NCBI RefSeq assembly: GCF_006345805.1
Contig: NC_043013.1
Span: 54,560,001-54,624,000 of the forward strand
DNA: 64,000 nt
Direction: 5' to 3'
From: Octopus sinensis
Taxonomy: Eukaryota
Every line of letters begins with the position of its first letter. Position 1 is the stretch's first letter. Made by a program: the position numbers and the translations under genes. The notes under the pieces are model-generated. The model ran no database searches. It saw nothing but the letters and a program-made list of their open reading frames with translations, and had not been told where the DNA came from. Positions 40,590 to 54,235 of this stretch are shown piece after piece.

Positions 40590-40916
40590 ACAGACAAGGG
40601 ATCGGGAGATTTGATGATTTGCTGCATATGATAAGATACATCAAGGTAATAAAATCGCTGCCTACCACACATACAGGCTTGTCCTTTCAGGTGTCACAAA
40701 AAAAAGCACCTTTGCTGGGACTGTGTAAATGCAGCTCTGTCAGCTACACATAAAGAGAACCCAGCACTTTCTGTTAAGTGGTTGGCAACAGGAAGAGCAT
40801 CCAGCTGTAGAAACTATACTACAACAGACAATTGGAGACTGGATAGCTCTCAGCTGGCCAGCTCCATCCGACCCATGCCAATATGGAAAGCGGACATTAA
40901 TTGATGATGATGATGC
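40590..40916 (+). mobile_element. Degenerate RTE 3' end and tail
   Basis: gtggttggcaacaggaagagcatccagctgtag ... cccatgccaatatggaaagcggacattaa(tga)n. Confidence 0.7.
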
Positions 40917-41240
40917 ATACAGAGACATAGACACATAGATATCTCTCTTGATTTCTTTCTATAAAAGTGCATAGGCTCGAAACATCAAAGACTTCTTCCA
41001 TTTTTCCTGTGTGTTAAACTAATTCACTTTGTTTGCTATTCCCTCACCCGTCTCTATCTTGATTCTTTTTTTTTCTTTTTGCACAATATGATCAAGTGAT
41101 CAACAGACAGAAAAACACACACATACACATACAGAGATACATTCTCACACACACATACGCATAGAGAGAGAGAGAGATACACTCTTACACACACACACAG
41201 ATACACTCTCACACATACACACACACACACATACATAATA

Positions 41241-41363
41241 GGCTTCTTTCAGTTTCTTCCTACAATGGCTATAGTAGAAGACAGCAGCAGGTAGTGTCCC
41301 CATGGTGGAAATGAACCCTAAACCATATGATTCTGAAGCAAACCACACAGCCACGCTTGCACC
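41241..41363 (-). mobile_element. Internally deleted SINE family 1 head
   Basis: ggcttctttcagtttc ... ggctatagtagaagac ... ccacacagccac. Confidence 0.65.
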
Positions 41364-41693
41364 TATAATCCCACTCACAGATGAAATTCTTTTATTACTG
41401 TAAATTAGGTTCCTGTCAAGAATTAACGGTCATTCCAATGATTTCCAAAGATGAATTCAAATCTAAATGTGGGTCTGAAGATAGCAAGATAAGTTGCAAA
41501 TCAACGCTGTCCTGTGATGGTCAGCTTTGACCATTGGACCTGGGCCCTAGATCTCCCTCCAGGCATCATATGATGGTTGCTGTGTGTCTTACTCAACCCT
41601 TCTACTTGCAAGCATCACTAATACTAAAATTATGTTATTCTAAACTACTCGGTTATTTCACAGCAATGACTGTTATTTCTAGCTTACCCTTTC

Positions 41694-42072
41694 TCTAATA
41701 TATATATAAAGCTGAAGTTCTCTGTGTATGGCAGGTTTGGTAGCCTTCAACTAACACTATATCCTCCGAGACCCTGTGGCGCAAGTTGACCAAAATTGAG
41801 AGTATGATAGAAGAAGGCTTGCTCTTCAAATTGGACCATGTTAACACCAAAAATTATTTACATCAAAAAGGTGCTTTTTTTCTATGAAAATCCCTATTTT
41901 TTTACGATTTTTTGACTGCTGTGTCACCATTTTTCGGTGTATTTCAACCAGAAAAATGTTCACTTAAAGAGAATAACAAGCTACATAATGCAAAATTTTT
42001 ACTCTTCAAAAATTCCAATTCTAAAGGGTTGAAAAGAAAACAAACCCGAGCAACGCCGGGTTATACTACTAG
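41694..42072 (+). mobile_element. Non-autonomous Helitron-like element
   Basis: 5' TCtaatatatatataaagctgaag; 3' subterminal hairpin cccgagcaacgccggg, then CTAG followed by T; no TSD. Confidence 0.75.
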
Positions 42073-42561
42073 TATTGCAATAAAGTTTACCCACAAAGAC
42101 TTATCTTTTAGAAGGCACCCATTAAAATATCTCCACCTCCACCACCACCACCACCACATATATAGGAATGGGCAGGCCACCCTGGTTACAATTGCTATCA
42201 GTGTGATGATTTAATGACTGCTGTTGCTGTATCATAAGATGAGGGCAAGAGGAAGGTATCCAATTACTGTGAGCTCTATCATAGGGTTTAGCAAACAGAT
42301 GACAGGATTCCTGCAGAGGAAGCAAGTATGGTAGACATTTTATCAGATAAAACACTTAAGTTCCACAAGAAAGACATGGTAAATGTTACAAAGGTAATGG
42401 GGTGGGTGGAATAATGGAAAGAAAAGAAGAAAATATGAAGATGCAAGAATTTACAGGAATCTAGTTTTGGTTCAAGAACTGGGTATTATGAAATCAATAA
42501 TAACAAGATGAGGTCTAGAGTTACATAACTCACCCTTAGTATTTAACTGGTATTGTGCACT

Positions 42562-42745
42562 GAGCTGGCAGAATCATTAGGGGTATTTCATCCGTTTTCA
42601 TGTTCTGGGTTCAAATTCTGCTGAGGTCAATTTTGCCTTTAATCCTTTCAGGAGTTGATAAAATAAGTACCTGTTATACATTGGGGAGTGATGTAATTGC
42701 TCACTTGAAATTGCTGATCTTGTGCCAAAATTTTATGTCAATATT
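42562..42745 (+). mobile_element. SINE, family 2, degenerate
   Basis: gagctggcagaatcattag ... ggttcaaattctgctgaggtc ... gataaaataagtacc. Confidence 0.75.
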
Positions 42746-42979
42746 AACTGATATCGTTGAGATCAACTTTTAGAGGGTGACAGGAATAATTAAGGGACCA
42801 TATTGAAATGTTTTAAATCCAAGCAGATCAGCCTCCTCTTAACTTCAACAGTAATTATAATGTTTGTGCTTTAAAAGGGAGAAGCAACAAAGAAATATGT
42901 TTAGAGTCTCACTGCTTTATGTGTTATCATAAAAGGATGGCATCTATAAACATGTACTCCTCCTCTCTCTCATCCGTCT

Positions 42980-42980
42980 G

Positions 42981-43026
<46 letters not shown>

Positions 43027-43350
43027 GTCTGACTGTCTATTTGCTAGTCTATCTATCTATCTATCTGACTGTCTATTTGCTAGTCTATCTATCTATCTAT
43101 CTATCTATCTATATATATATATATATATATATATGTATCTGTCTATCTGTCTGTCTGTCTGTCTGACTGTCTATTTGCCAGTCTATCTGTCTGTTTGTCT
43201 CTCTACCTATCTATCTATCTATCTATCTATTTATAATCTGTCTGTCTGTCTATTTGCCAGTTTATCTGTCTGTCTGTCTGTCTATCTGCCAGTCCATCCA
43301 TCCATCTGTCTACCTATCTTTCCTCTCTGTCTCTTTGGCTGTCTGTCTGA
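42980..43350. repeat. (TCTA)n/(TCTG)n compound microsatellite
   Basis: Directly visible. Confidence 0.9.
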
Positions 43351-43635
43351 CACATACATCACTGAATTGGTATCAGTTGGGTACATTTGCTTGTAGCTGT
43401 ATTTGTATGAATTTTTGGTCTTTTATTAAATGGTGTACAGAAAAATGGAGGGAATTACAGAAGAATTCTATGTGAGTTAGTTGAATTAGTGAAAAAAAAA
43501 AAGACCCGTAAACATCTTCAAGAGTTAGTGAGCATTAAACACAGACACACAAATGTGTAAAGTGAAGTCACACGTGTTTATATTTTGTATGTATTTACAT
43601 ATGACATGAATGTATACAAGAGTTTGATGCAACAG

Positions 43636-43683
<48 letters not shown>

Positions 43684-45964
43684 TGTATATGTTGTTTTGC
43701 TGTGGTGGGGGGGTCAGTTTATTTGTCTGTTGTATAAACCATGAATTCTTTTTTTTTTCTTTTCTTTTTGAAGTTTTTTGTATATTTATGTTTGTATGTT
43801 CTGTATGCAAGTGTTATTTATATTTGAAGTTTTCTCTCTGATATATTCTTAAACAAATGTGTGTAGGTTTATTTTCCCTTCTTCTCTTGTGTGTGTCTAT
43901 TTTTATCCTTCCACTCGATTAAATAATATCAATGATTTAAAAGAAAAAAAAAAAGGAAATTTTTTATTCTTTTTTCCCCCCCACTTTTTTTTTTCAATAT
44001 CACAATTTGTTAGAAATGTTTTGATTCTGACCTAAGAATTTTCCTGTTTGACAGAAAATGTAAGTCCTCTGTAAAATAATTCTAAAATGAATTTCACTGG
44101 CAATTGAGCTAGAATTTACATCTGTGTGTTTATGCAAGGTTGAAAATAACAGAAAAGAAAAGGTAAAAAAAAAAAAAAACAGAAACAAAACTAAACAACA
44201 CTTGCTTGTAACAAAAAATTATTAAAAAATGTTTTCAAAATGGATCGAAGACCAATAAATCAATGTTAAAAATGAAGGAAATGAAATCCAGTAATGTCTG
44301 GTTATTTTTTTTTATAATCATGTATTTTGGATATTTATCTGTTGTCAAATGGTTTCTATTTTGTTTATTGAACATTTAACACACATGTTAATAAGAAAGA
44401 GTTGAGAATATTGAGTAGGTGCAGTTGAGAAATTCTGCTTCTCTTATTCTTTCTTCCTCTATCAGATTCCCATTTTCACTGTGGTGTTGCTCTATTTATT
44501 GCTATTGATGTTGGCATCATGTTCATCACTGCTGTTTGTTTCACTCTATGGATGGCACCGTTGCAATAAATGATACAGTTATCACAAGATTGAATTGTTT
44601 TTATGGCCTCATATTTACTTCAGTAATTCACTAGGTTCTCTGATTTACTAGGTTCAAATGTCAGCCACATTGATCTTTCTTCTTTTTACTTTTATTTTTA
44701 TTATAAATTGTTGATTAAATCACATTTAAACATTTCTCTGTAAAATACATCCGTCCCACCATCATCCTCATCTTTATTACCACCACCACCACCACCACCA
44801 CCATAGTTATTAACACCATCACCCCCTCTACAAGTAGTGGTGTTTTCTTAAATAAGTACAAAGACTGTATTTTTGAAGCGTAAAAATGAAATTTGTGCAA
44901 AGTTCACAATCCTTTTCAAGGGTTTATCAATAAAAGAAATGAAAGCTAGATTACGGGGCTTGTTCACTGGAACTCGTCTATATTTTCCAGATGTGACTAA
45001 CACAGAACCACAGTAACTCATTTTGTATAAATCCATTTTGTAGACTCAAATTGCACTGGGCTCAGCTTTAATCCATATTGGGTTTAACTTTAAACCGATT
45101 ATCTGGTTTAACATTAAATCCAAGAAGATTTTAACTTTACTTTTCATACATCCATACAGGATTCGGTCATTCTCACCTCTGGAATCATTCCTCTCAAATT
45201 CACTTTCATCTTAATTATACGGTATCAAGATTCAAATTTAATTTAATATTTTCACTCCCAATAAGTTATACGAATAGAATTTAGTTAATTGCAATGACTC
45301 AATGCAGATATACAGAAGTGTGTATGTGCACATGCATGCATGCATGCGTGTGTGTGTGTGAGAAAATCATAGTTATTCTTGCAGCTGTCCCCATGTGCTT
45401 CGTCCACTTTCTTTCCTTTAATATTCAGATCACTGGGCAGAAATTACACAGCAATTGTGAAGCTCTGTTTTAATTAGTTAGTTCATATTAGTTAATACCA
45501 GTTCTGAGTTAATTAAACACAAATGACTGAATAACTGCTGCACATCATGGTTTGATGGTAGCCCAATAGAAAGCTATTGTCAACTGATCTACAGGTGAGT
45601 CCAAACGCCTGCTGCTCCATGGTGTCCCAGGTGTGTAGCCATGTTGTTTATACCCATTCTACCCTAGACGTCAGAAGCTAAAACTGTTACAAATGACCAT
45701 CACCCATCAATGGAGCATAAAGTTATGCATGTTTGATGTTACAAGTGCTGTGGCTTTACAAGTGTCTCACATGCATATCTGTATGGAGTACACAATACAG
45801 ATGCAGAGTACGGTACTTTATTTTAAGTTGAGCGGCCGCATGCCTTGTAAACTCTAGAATAAGGAGCCACTGGAACAACTTCAATAATGTAGTGTCTCTC
45901 TCTCTCTCTCGCACTTGATACATATCTACATATCTATATATACACATATACATACATACATATC

Positions 45965-46190
45965 TTTTTTTATCTTATACTTGTTTCAGTCATTAGACTA
46001 TGGCCATACTGGGGCACCACCCTGAAGAATTTTAGAGAAACGAATCAACTCCCATACCTTTTCTTTTCTAAGCCTGGTACTTATTATATCGATCTCTTTG
46101 GCTGAACTACTAAGTTATGGGGATGTAAACTCATCAACACCAGTTGTCAAGCAGTGGCTGGGGAACAGTTGCAGACACAATGGTACACAC
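45965..46190 (-). mobile_element. SINE, family 1, 3' half
   Basis: ttgtttcagtcattagactatggcc ... gttgtcaagc. Confidence 0.8.
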
Positions 46191-46200
46191 ACACACATAT

Positions 46201-46379
46201 AGGTGTGGCTGTGTGATAAGAAGCTTGCTTCCCAACCACATGGTTCCCGGTTCAGTCCTACTGCATGGCACCTCGGGCAAGTGTCTTCTACTATAGCCTC
46301 AGGCTGACCAAAGCCTTGTTAGTGGATTTGGTAGTTGGAAACTGTCATATATAGCCTATTGCATATATATATATATATC

Positions 46380-46441
<62 letters not shown>

Positions 46442-46715
46442 GTATGTATATATATGTGTGTGTGTGTGTGTATATATCTCTGTGTGTGTATATATATCTG
46501 TGTGTGTGTGTCTGTGTTTGTTCCCCCGCTACCTTGCTCGACAACTGATGCTGGTGTGTTCATGCCCCCATAACTTAGTGGTTTGGCAAAAGAGACCAAT
46601 GGAATAAGTACCAGGCTTACAAAAAATAAGTCCTGGGTTGATTTCTTTGACTAGGATCTTTTAAGGTGGTGCTCCAGCATGGCCTCAGTTAGATAACTAA
46701 AAGAATAAAAGAATA
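46201..46715 (+). mobile_element. SINE, family 1, with an expanded internal microsatellite
   Basis: Head at 46201-46345, (TA)/(TG) tract, then body and tail to about 46715. Confidence 0.85.
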
Positions 46716-47998
46716 CACACACACACAGAGGGAAACTGCATGTGACCATTGTACATAGGGAAAATTTGTGAATATATTTCACGATTATATTGTCCAATGG
46801 TTTTTAAATGCAGATATACATATAAAATTTTAATGAGAATTAAAAATCCAACAAAAATATATCGGACAAACAGAAAGAAGAGGTCCATTTCTAATATGAC
46901 CGTGTAATGCACAGGACATGCTTCAATGGCAACAGAATTCCAATATTTAGATTTTTCCTTTTTCTACTTGGACAACGAGTTTCAATTCCCTCAACTATCT
47001 TGAAAAGACGTGACACTGCGTTTGACCGGGGAATAAATTAAATTTAAAAAATGTCAAAACAACAGCTTCGTTTCAATGAATTCAACACTTATAAACAATG
47101 AATTGAAAGTGGAAATAGCTGTTTCGAAAGTCCCTTAAAAAATTACAATCTTCAATGTAATAAATTCGTTTTTGATCTCTTTGCAAGAATGCTCATGTTA
47201 TTATTATTGTTATCATTGTTGTTGTTGTTGATGTTGATGAAATTAATAATAATAGTGATAATAATAATATGAGAAAGATGAATAAGTAATAATCATGTGA
47301 GGATTTGAAATAAATCAAATTTACCTTCTGGTTGATCTGTGCTTTAAATTATTTTCCTCACAAAAGCAAAAAGAAATGTTTCCTTTGTAAATTTATAACC
47401 ATTGATATCTTTTATCATCATCATCATCATCATCCTCATTGTTCTTATTGTTATCATCATCATCATTATCATTATTATTGCTGTTGATGTCAGTACCACA
47501 ATCTTTGTCATTATTGTCGTCGCCAACATCACCCCCAGTATTGTTATCACATCATCCTCATCATCACTGTCATCACTGTCATCATCACCTCCCTCACCTC
47601 ACACCACTCATTTGATTAATTCGACTTGTTTAGAAGTGATTCTCTTCTCTTTCTTCCCCGTATGCAAAAGGACTTCTCCATAGCAGCAGTGTTTAGACTG
47701 ATTGTCCATTGTGACCACCAACCATAGGCATCTTTACTAACCAGACAGTTATCGAGATAAATGCATCAATGTTTCAATACACAGTTGGCATTAAATCTGT
47801 TTTGTTTTCATAACATATAATTCTTTCAGAACAACACAAATTGAACAAATCCCATTTGTTTGGTTCTGAGTTAATTGTATAAAGATTAAACGTCTGGCGA
47901 GAAGAGACAGAAAGTTCTGGTTCAAATACTTGCTATAGAGAGCCTTGTCTCGGAAAAATTATCCACGAATGTAGACAGACATGTGTAAATGGATATAG

Positions 47999-48032
<34 letters not shown>

Positions 48033-48183
48033 GTATGTATGTATGTATATATATATATATATATGAGTATATATATGTGTGTGTGTCCATGTATATATAT
48101 AGGCTTGTGTGTATATATATATATATATATATATGAGTATATATATGTGTGTGTGCGTGTGTGTCCATGTATATATATATGCT

Positions 48184-48243
<60 letters not shown>

Positions 48244-48980
48244 TACGTATGTATATGTATTTATATGTATGTGTGTGTGTGTGTGTGTTTATGATATGGC
48301 AGTTTTAAAAGGGCAGAATGTAAAAATTTAAATAAATACCTCATAGAAAGGAAATAAGTGGAAATGATGGAAATAGTAAATAAGAGGAGAAAAGCAGAGG
48401 AAAATTAGAAAACTGATTCAATGAAAATAAAACCAAAAGCAAAAAGGATGGGGTCATGAAGAATTAGGAATGGTCTTGGATGGAAACTTGTTAATTTATT
48501 GTATTGTGTTTCTTCTTTGTATAGTTCTGCTTCTATTTTGTTATCTTACCAAATTGGATGTGATTGTGAATGTCTAGTTATTTACATATATTATGGCTGT
48601 AATGAGTTTTTATACGGATAGTGATGTTTCCTAAACAGTAACCACTTAATTTTGAAGTAAGAGAGATATATACACATATATCATTTAATGTCAGAGTGTA
48701 TAGACACGCACTGCTTATAGTTTCTTGCTCTGGTGACATGTGTCTAGGCAGGTTTTTATAACGTGGCTTGTGTCTCCAAGAAATCTTCAGTCTCTGAGTG
48801 CATGGTCTACTGTGTTCTATTTGAAAATCTATTTCGAGGAAATAGACAGAGACAGAATAAAAAAAAAAACTTGTGGATTTAGGGTCAAACATATATATAT
48901 AAGTGTGTGTGAGTGTGTATATGTACACAAACACACATACACTCATATATATAACATATATATATATATTATATGTACAC

Positions 48981-49062
<82 letters not shown>

Positions 49063-49196
49063 TTTGAGGGAATATTATGCCTAACTTACAGGGAAAAATT
49101 TAATTTAGAAATACTAATATTTCTATTATATGTAATTTTCTACATGGTGTAATTTAATTGTTCATTTTGAATTGATAAAAGGTGGATTTTTCTAAT

Positions 49197-49233
<37 letters not shown>

Positions 49234-50405
49234 CCCAATTGTTTTAACATGTGCTTTTTGTTGCTCATGTGGGTCGGATGAGATTGGTTGAGACAGATTG
49301 TTTCTATTGCTGGATACTCTTCCTGTCTTGAACCTTCACCTGTTTCCAGCTAGGTAATATATTCCCTCAACTCCGGACTTGTTTTCATGCAAAAGTAACT
49401 GTTTGTTTCAAAGTGAAACTTGTTTCGAACTAACACGAAACACCAAGGCAAGGACACACACTTACACAGGCACATTATATCTATATGCATGGACACAGCC
49501 AGCTTTTCTTCTTTTTTTTTTTCCTATTTCCATCATCCAAATTCACAGACAAGGCTTTTGTTACCCTGAGTCTGTAGTTGAAGACACATGCACAAAATGA
49601 CATGCAGGGTGGCTGAACGTAAAGCTATGTGTTTGTGAAGTAAATTTTGTAATTACACACACATATCTATCAATCTATGATGATGATAATGATATGGATA
49701 ATGATATGCATGTATATATATATATATATATATATATATTGCTGGGCATGTGTGCATACTCATGCATACATGCAGCTAGGTACATTGAAACAGAATGAGA
49801 CTTATGAACCTTGCTTAATGCGTAGCTGTGTAATTGAATTGTGTTTCAACTGATTGAAATGTAAATTGATATGAAATAGATCAGCAAATGATCCAATTCT
49901 CCGCTGTTGTGCATTCAAACCCAGTGGATTTTGATTTTGGATTTCATTTCTAAAAGATCAATAACATAAATTTGAATAGCAGAGTGGGTGCAATTCAATA
50001 ATCAATAGCCTTATCAGAAAAATAAAATAAAATAACAGAATGGTTTATCATTTTGTTTAAATCTCTGATGGAAACAGTGTTTTTCTGTGAGTTTGTATGA
50101 AATCTGAGGGAACTGTAAATATATTATTCCATTCGTTCCATGAAAGAAAATATATTTGAATATTTCAACAGCTATAATCTTGATGGGAAAAGAAGTCAGG
50201 GTGGGGACACTTGTTTTTTTTTATCCTTTTATTTTTCATTGTGATTATTCGAAATTAGAGCATTTTTAGAACATTCCTGATACCTAATCCTCTGGAATAT
50301 CTCTCAACAATATTGTTTGGTTGATCGCAACCACAATGGTTTAGACAAAAGTAACTAAATTGCTAAAAAATAAATAATATATATATAATAAATAATATAT
50401 ATATA

Positions 50406-50778
50406 GGCGCAGGAGTGGCTGTGTGGTAAGTAGCTTGCTAACCAACCACACGGTTGCGGGTTCAGTCCCACTGCGTGGCATCTTGGGCAAGTGTCTTCTG
50501 CTATAGCCCCGGGCCGACCAATGCCTTGTGAGTGGATTTGGTAGACGGAAACTGAAAGAAGCCTGTCGTATATATGTATATATATGTATATGTGTGTGTG
50601 TTTGTGTGTCTGTGTTTGTCCCCCTAGCATTGCTTGACAACCGATGCTGGTGTGTTTAGGTCCCCGTCACTTAGCGGTTCGGCAAAAAGAGACCGATAGA
50701 ATAAGTACTAAAAGGTGGTGCTCCAGCATGGCCGCAGTCAAATGACTGAAACAAGTAAAAGAGTAAAAGAGTAAGAGT
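50406..50778 (+). mobile_element. SINE, family 1, young copy with a short internal deletion
   Basis: ggcgcaggagtggctgtgtgg A-box, ggttcagtccc B-box, CpGs retained, (gtaaaaga)n tail. Confidence 0.92.
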
Positions 50779-51300
50779 ATACACACACACATATATATGT
50801 ATGTATATAAAATATAGTATAAAAAAAGATGAAAAAATAAAACATTTATTCCTCAATAAATCAATGAAAGAGGAATTTCAGAAATTCTACTCAACATATA
50901 AATCATTAGTGTTTGCTTCCAAACATTTACTTGGTTCTTTAGTAACATGACACAAGGAAAAATATATTGAAACCATAGAATTTCTATTAGTATAATTTAC
51001 AAGCATACACACACACACACACACATGCACACACACGCACATGTGCACACATAGACATTATTGTGTTTCAATGTTAAACCACAGAGAAGAGATATAGCCA
51101 GCATATAGAGTACAGATAATCCTGATTGGATTACATAATATCCAGAGGGATATTTACCACACCTAAAACTGTCAAACGCTAATCTATCTACTTTTATACA
51201 AAAAAAAAACATGTCAATCAAAGCTGTAACTCTTAGAAAAACTCAGGATGTTTCTGTTGGTTTTGTTTCAGGTTTTTTTTTCTTTCTTCCTTTTTTTTGT

Positions 51301-51312
51301 GTATGTGTGTGT

Positions 51313-51391
<79 letters not shown>

Positions 51392-51602
51392 TGCTATAAA
51401 GAAATGGTTGCAGCCTTGAAGATTTACGAGTTGAAAAATACACGTTCTGCATTCCACACCTCACTGTCTTGAAAGAAAGAAAGGAAAAAAGAAGGAAGGA
51501 AGGAAGGAAAGAAAAAAAGAAAGAAAGAGAGAGAGAGAAAGAAAGAGAGAAGGGAGAGAGAGCAGAAGAAAGGGAGTGAGAAAGAGAGCAGGAGAAGGGG
51601 AG

Positions 51603-51642
<40 letters not shown>

Positions 51643-51660
51643 GAGAGAGAGGGGGGAGCT
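51301..51660. repeat. (GA)n and purine-rich low-complexity tract
   Basis: Directly visible. Confidence 0.85.
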
Positions 51661-51985
51661 GGTGATTTGAGGAGTAACAAACAAACAATCTCTCAAAGGA
51701 AAATTTTGATGAGAAATGAAATGGCTGAAATATTTAGTATTAAAGTATTTAAAGTTGGTAAAGACATGGAAAAATAAATGAATGAATAAATTGACCAAAG
51801 AGGAATAAGAAACGGCAAAAACAGGGAGTGCAATTGCTTAAAATGCTGACCTGAAATTTGAGTGAATTCAATGTTGAAATTTAATGTTTTAGAAAAATAA
51901 AAATTAAGGAAAGGATCGGTTTCTGTGAAATTGTGAAGATGCATGTTGCATCTGTTGTGTGTATTGAACTGTAAAGTAGGGGCTA

Positions 51986-52192
51986 TTAATTTTTGGGGTC
52001 AGTCATGCTGTGTGTCTTATGTGTACTGAGCTGTAAAGTGGTGTGGTCTGTGATGTGGTGGTTCTCATTTGTGGTAGTAGCAGTCCATGATGTGGATGTT
52101 ATTATACATGGCATTTTGTCATCAGACACCTTTTCATATAAGTACTGGGCTGTGGCCATTGAAGTTTGCATCGCATCTGTTACTATCGACAC
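51986..52192 (-). CDS. Candidate exon (VSIVTDAMQTSMATAQYLYEK...)
   Basis: ttttatggttttattag acceptor directly before a phase-0 open frame; possible AAG|gtgtct donor at 52130, otherwise open to the stop at 51986. Confidence 0.3.
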   Translation of the reverse strand: MSIVTDAMQTSMATAQYLYEKVSDDKMPCIITSTSWTATTTNENHHITDHTTLQLSTHKTHSMTDPKN

Positions 52193-52246
52193 CTAATAAA
52201 ACCATAAAAACAGCACTTGCAGAAACAAAAACAAAAAAAAATTAAA

Positions 52247-52968
52247 TGAGTGGCTGTGCGGTAAGTAGCTTGCTTACCAACCACATGGTTCCAGGTTCAG
52301 TCCCACTTTGGGCAAGTGTCTTTTGCTATAACCTCAGGCCGACCAAAGCCTTGTGTGCAGATTTGGTAGACAGAAACTAAAAGAAGCCAGTCATATGTGT
52401 GTGTGTTTATGTGTCTGTCCCCCACCATTGCTTTGCAAATGATGCTGGTGTATTTACATCCCCATAATTTAGCGGTTCGGCAAAAGAGACTGATTGAATA
52501 AGTCCTGGGGTTGATTTATTCAACTAAAGGCAGTGTTTCAGCATGGCTGCAGTCAAATGACTGAAACAAATAAAATGAGTAAAAGATAAATAAATAAAGT
52601 ATGGCTATGTGATAAGAAGTTTACTTTCCAACCACACAGTTCTAGGTTCAAACCCACTACATGACACTTTTTGCTATTGCCTCAGACTAACCCAAATCTT
52701 GTGAATGGATTTGGTAGATGGAAACTGAAAGAAGCCTGTCATATATATGTGTGTGTGTGTGTGTGTCTGTGTCAGTACCCCATCACCATTTGACAACTGG
52801 TGTTTATGTTCCTGTCACTTAGTGGTTCAGCAAAAGCAACCGATAGAATATGTACCAGGCCTAAGAAGAGAAAAAGTCCTGGGGTCAATTCATTTGACTG
52901 AAATACTTCAAAGCTGTGCCCCAGCATGGCCACAGCCTAATGACTGAAACATGTAAAAGATAAAAAAG
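52247..52968 (+). mobile_element. Two tandem SINE family 1 copies
   Basis: Heads near 52247 and 52598; each ends in atgactgaaaca plus an A-rich tail. Confidence 0.85.
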
Positions 52969-53412
52969 AAAGGTGTAAGGTGAGTTAATGTAGGAAACAA
53001 ATTAAACCGAAATATGTTGAATCTCATAGACAAAAAACAAAAACAAAGCAGAAACGATGCTATAGATTACAATCCCACTTTTTCATTCTTCCATAATACT
53101 AATTAGTGAGATGACTGATCTTTTTCTATTTATTTAGTTGTCATGTATCAGTATTTAGCTCTCGTTATTGACATGGAAAAAAAAAGAAGTTTCAGGTAAA
53201 AAACAACGTGTATCTATTTCATTACATTTCCAGATAGTGTCTCTACATCAGGCATGCAGACACATATACATACATATATTATATAATATATATATATTTA
53301 TATATATATATATATATTATATTTTATATATATATATACCTGTGCCTGCATATATGTGTGTATATATATGTATATGTGTGTGTGTGGTGTGTGTGTGTGG
53401 TGTGTGTGTATA

Positions 53413-53465
<53 letters not shown>

Positions 53466-54042
53466 CGCACATATATGCATACATACATATCTTTGCTAAA
53501 TTAACTTTGTTTCTTTCCCTGACCTTATTATTTTAGTATAATGATATCTTCACTTTTATGACATTAAGTAAATTGGATTTTGCTGAAGGAAGGTAATGTC
53601 AATCAATGGAAGTGACAATTAACACATTAGTGCACGTTCATTAATCACATTTTGGATTAGTCAAATTATCTTAAGTTTAGAATATCTCATAAAAGGAGAA
53701 AGGAAAAAAAGTGTTCAAATAATGAAAGCTAAAGTAATTACTACAGAGAGAAATAGGTGTAAAACTGCTAAAATATGATAATTTTAATTTAGGTTAAATT
53801 CTTCAACAATTTAATTGTGACCCCCTAAAGACATAATTCTTGCTGAAGTGTTGCAAAATGAAGCAAAGCAAGCAGGAAGGTCAATGAGACACACGTCTGC
53901 TTTGCTCTTGTCTCTGAAACTACAAACAGTTTTGTTCAATACACTCACCGTATAGCTACTATTACATAAAATATCATCTACACTCTGGTTTCAATAAAAT
54001 AAGCATTGGTGTGTATGTGTCTATATTTATATACACACGTGT

Positions 54043-54088
<46 letters not shown>

Positions 54089-54091
<3 letters not shown>

Positions 54092-54235
54092 GAGTAAACT
54101 GTCTGATGAACGGCAACGAGAAACTCAGAGTAACAGATTTTGTTGAATTTTCTGCTGCTTAAAATAAAGCATTACTCTACCACTGGTATTTGAGTACTCT
54201 TTTTCCACCTTGTTTCACATTTATGTGTTTACTCC

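Noticed and set aside
45429-45594. Acceptor plus ACAG|gtgagt donor pair
   Set aside because: No frame appears open across the interval. It could be a non-coding exon, but there is no further support.
50406-50480. tRNA-like sequence with A and B boxes
   Set aside because: SINE head: no complete cloverleaf, and it continues into a repeated body.
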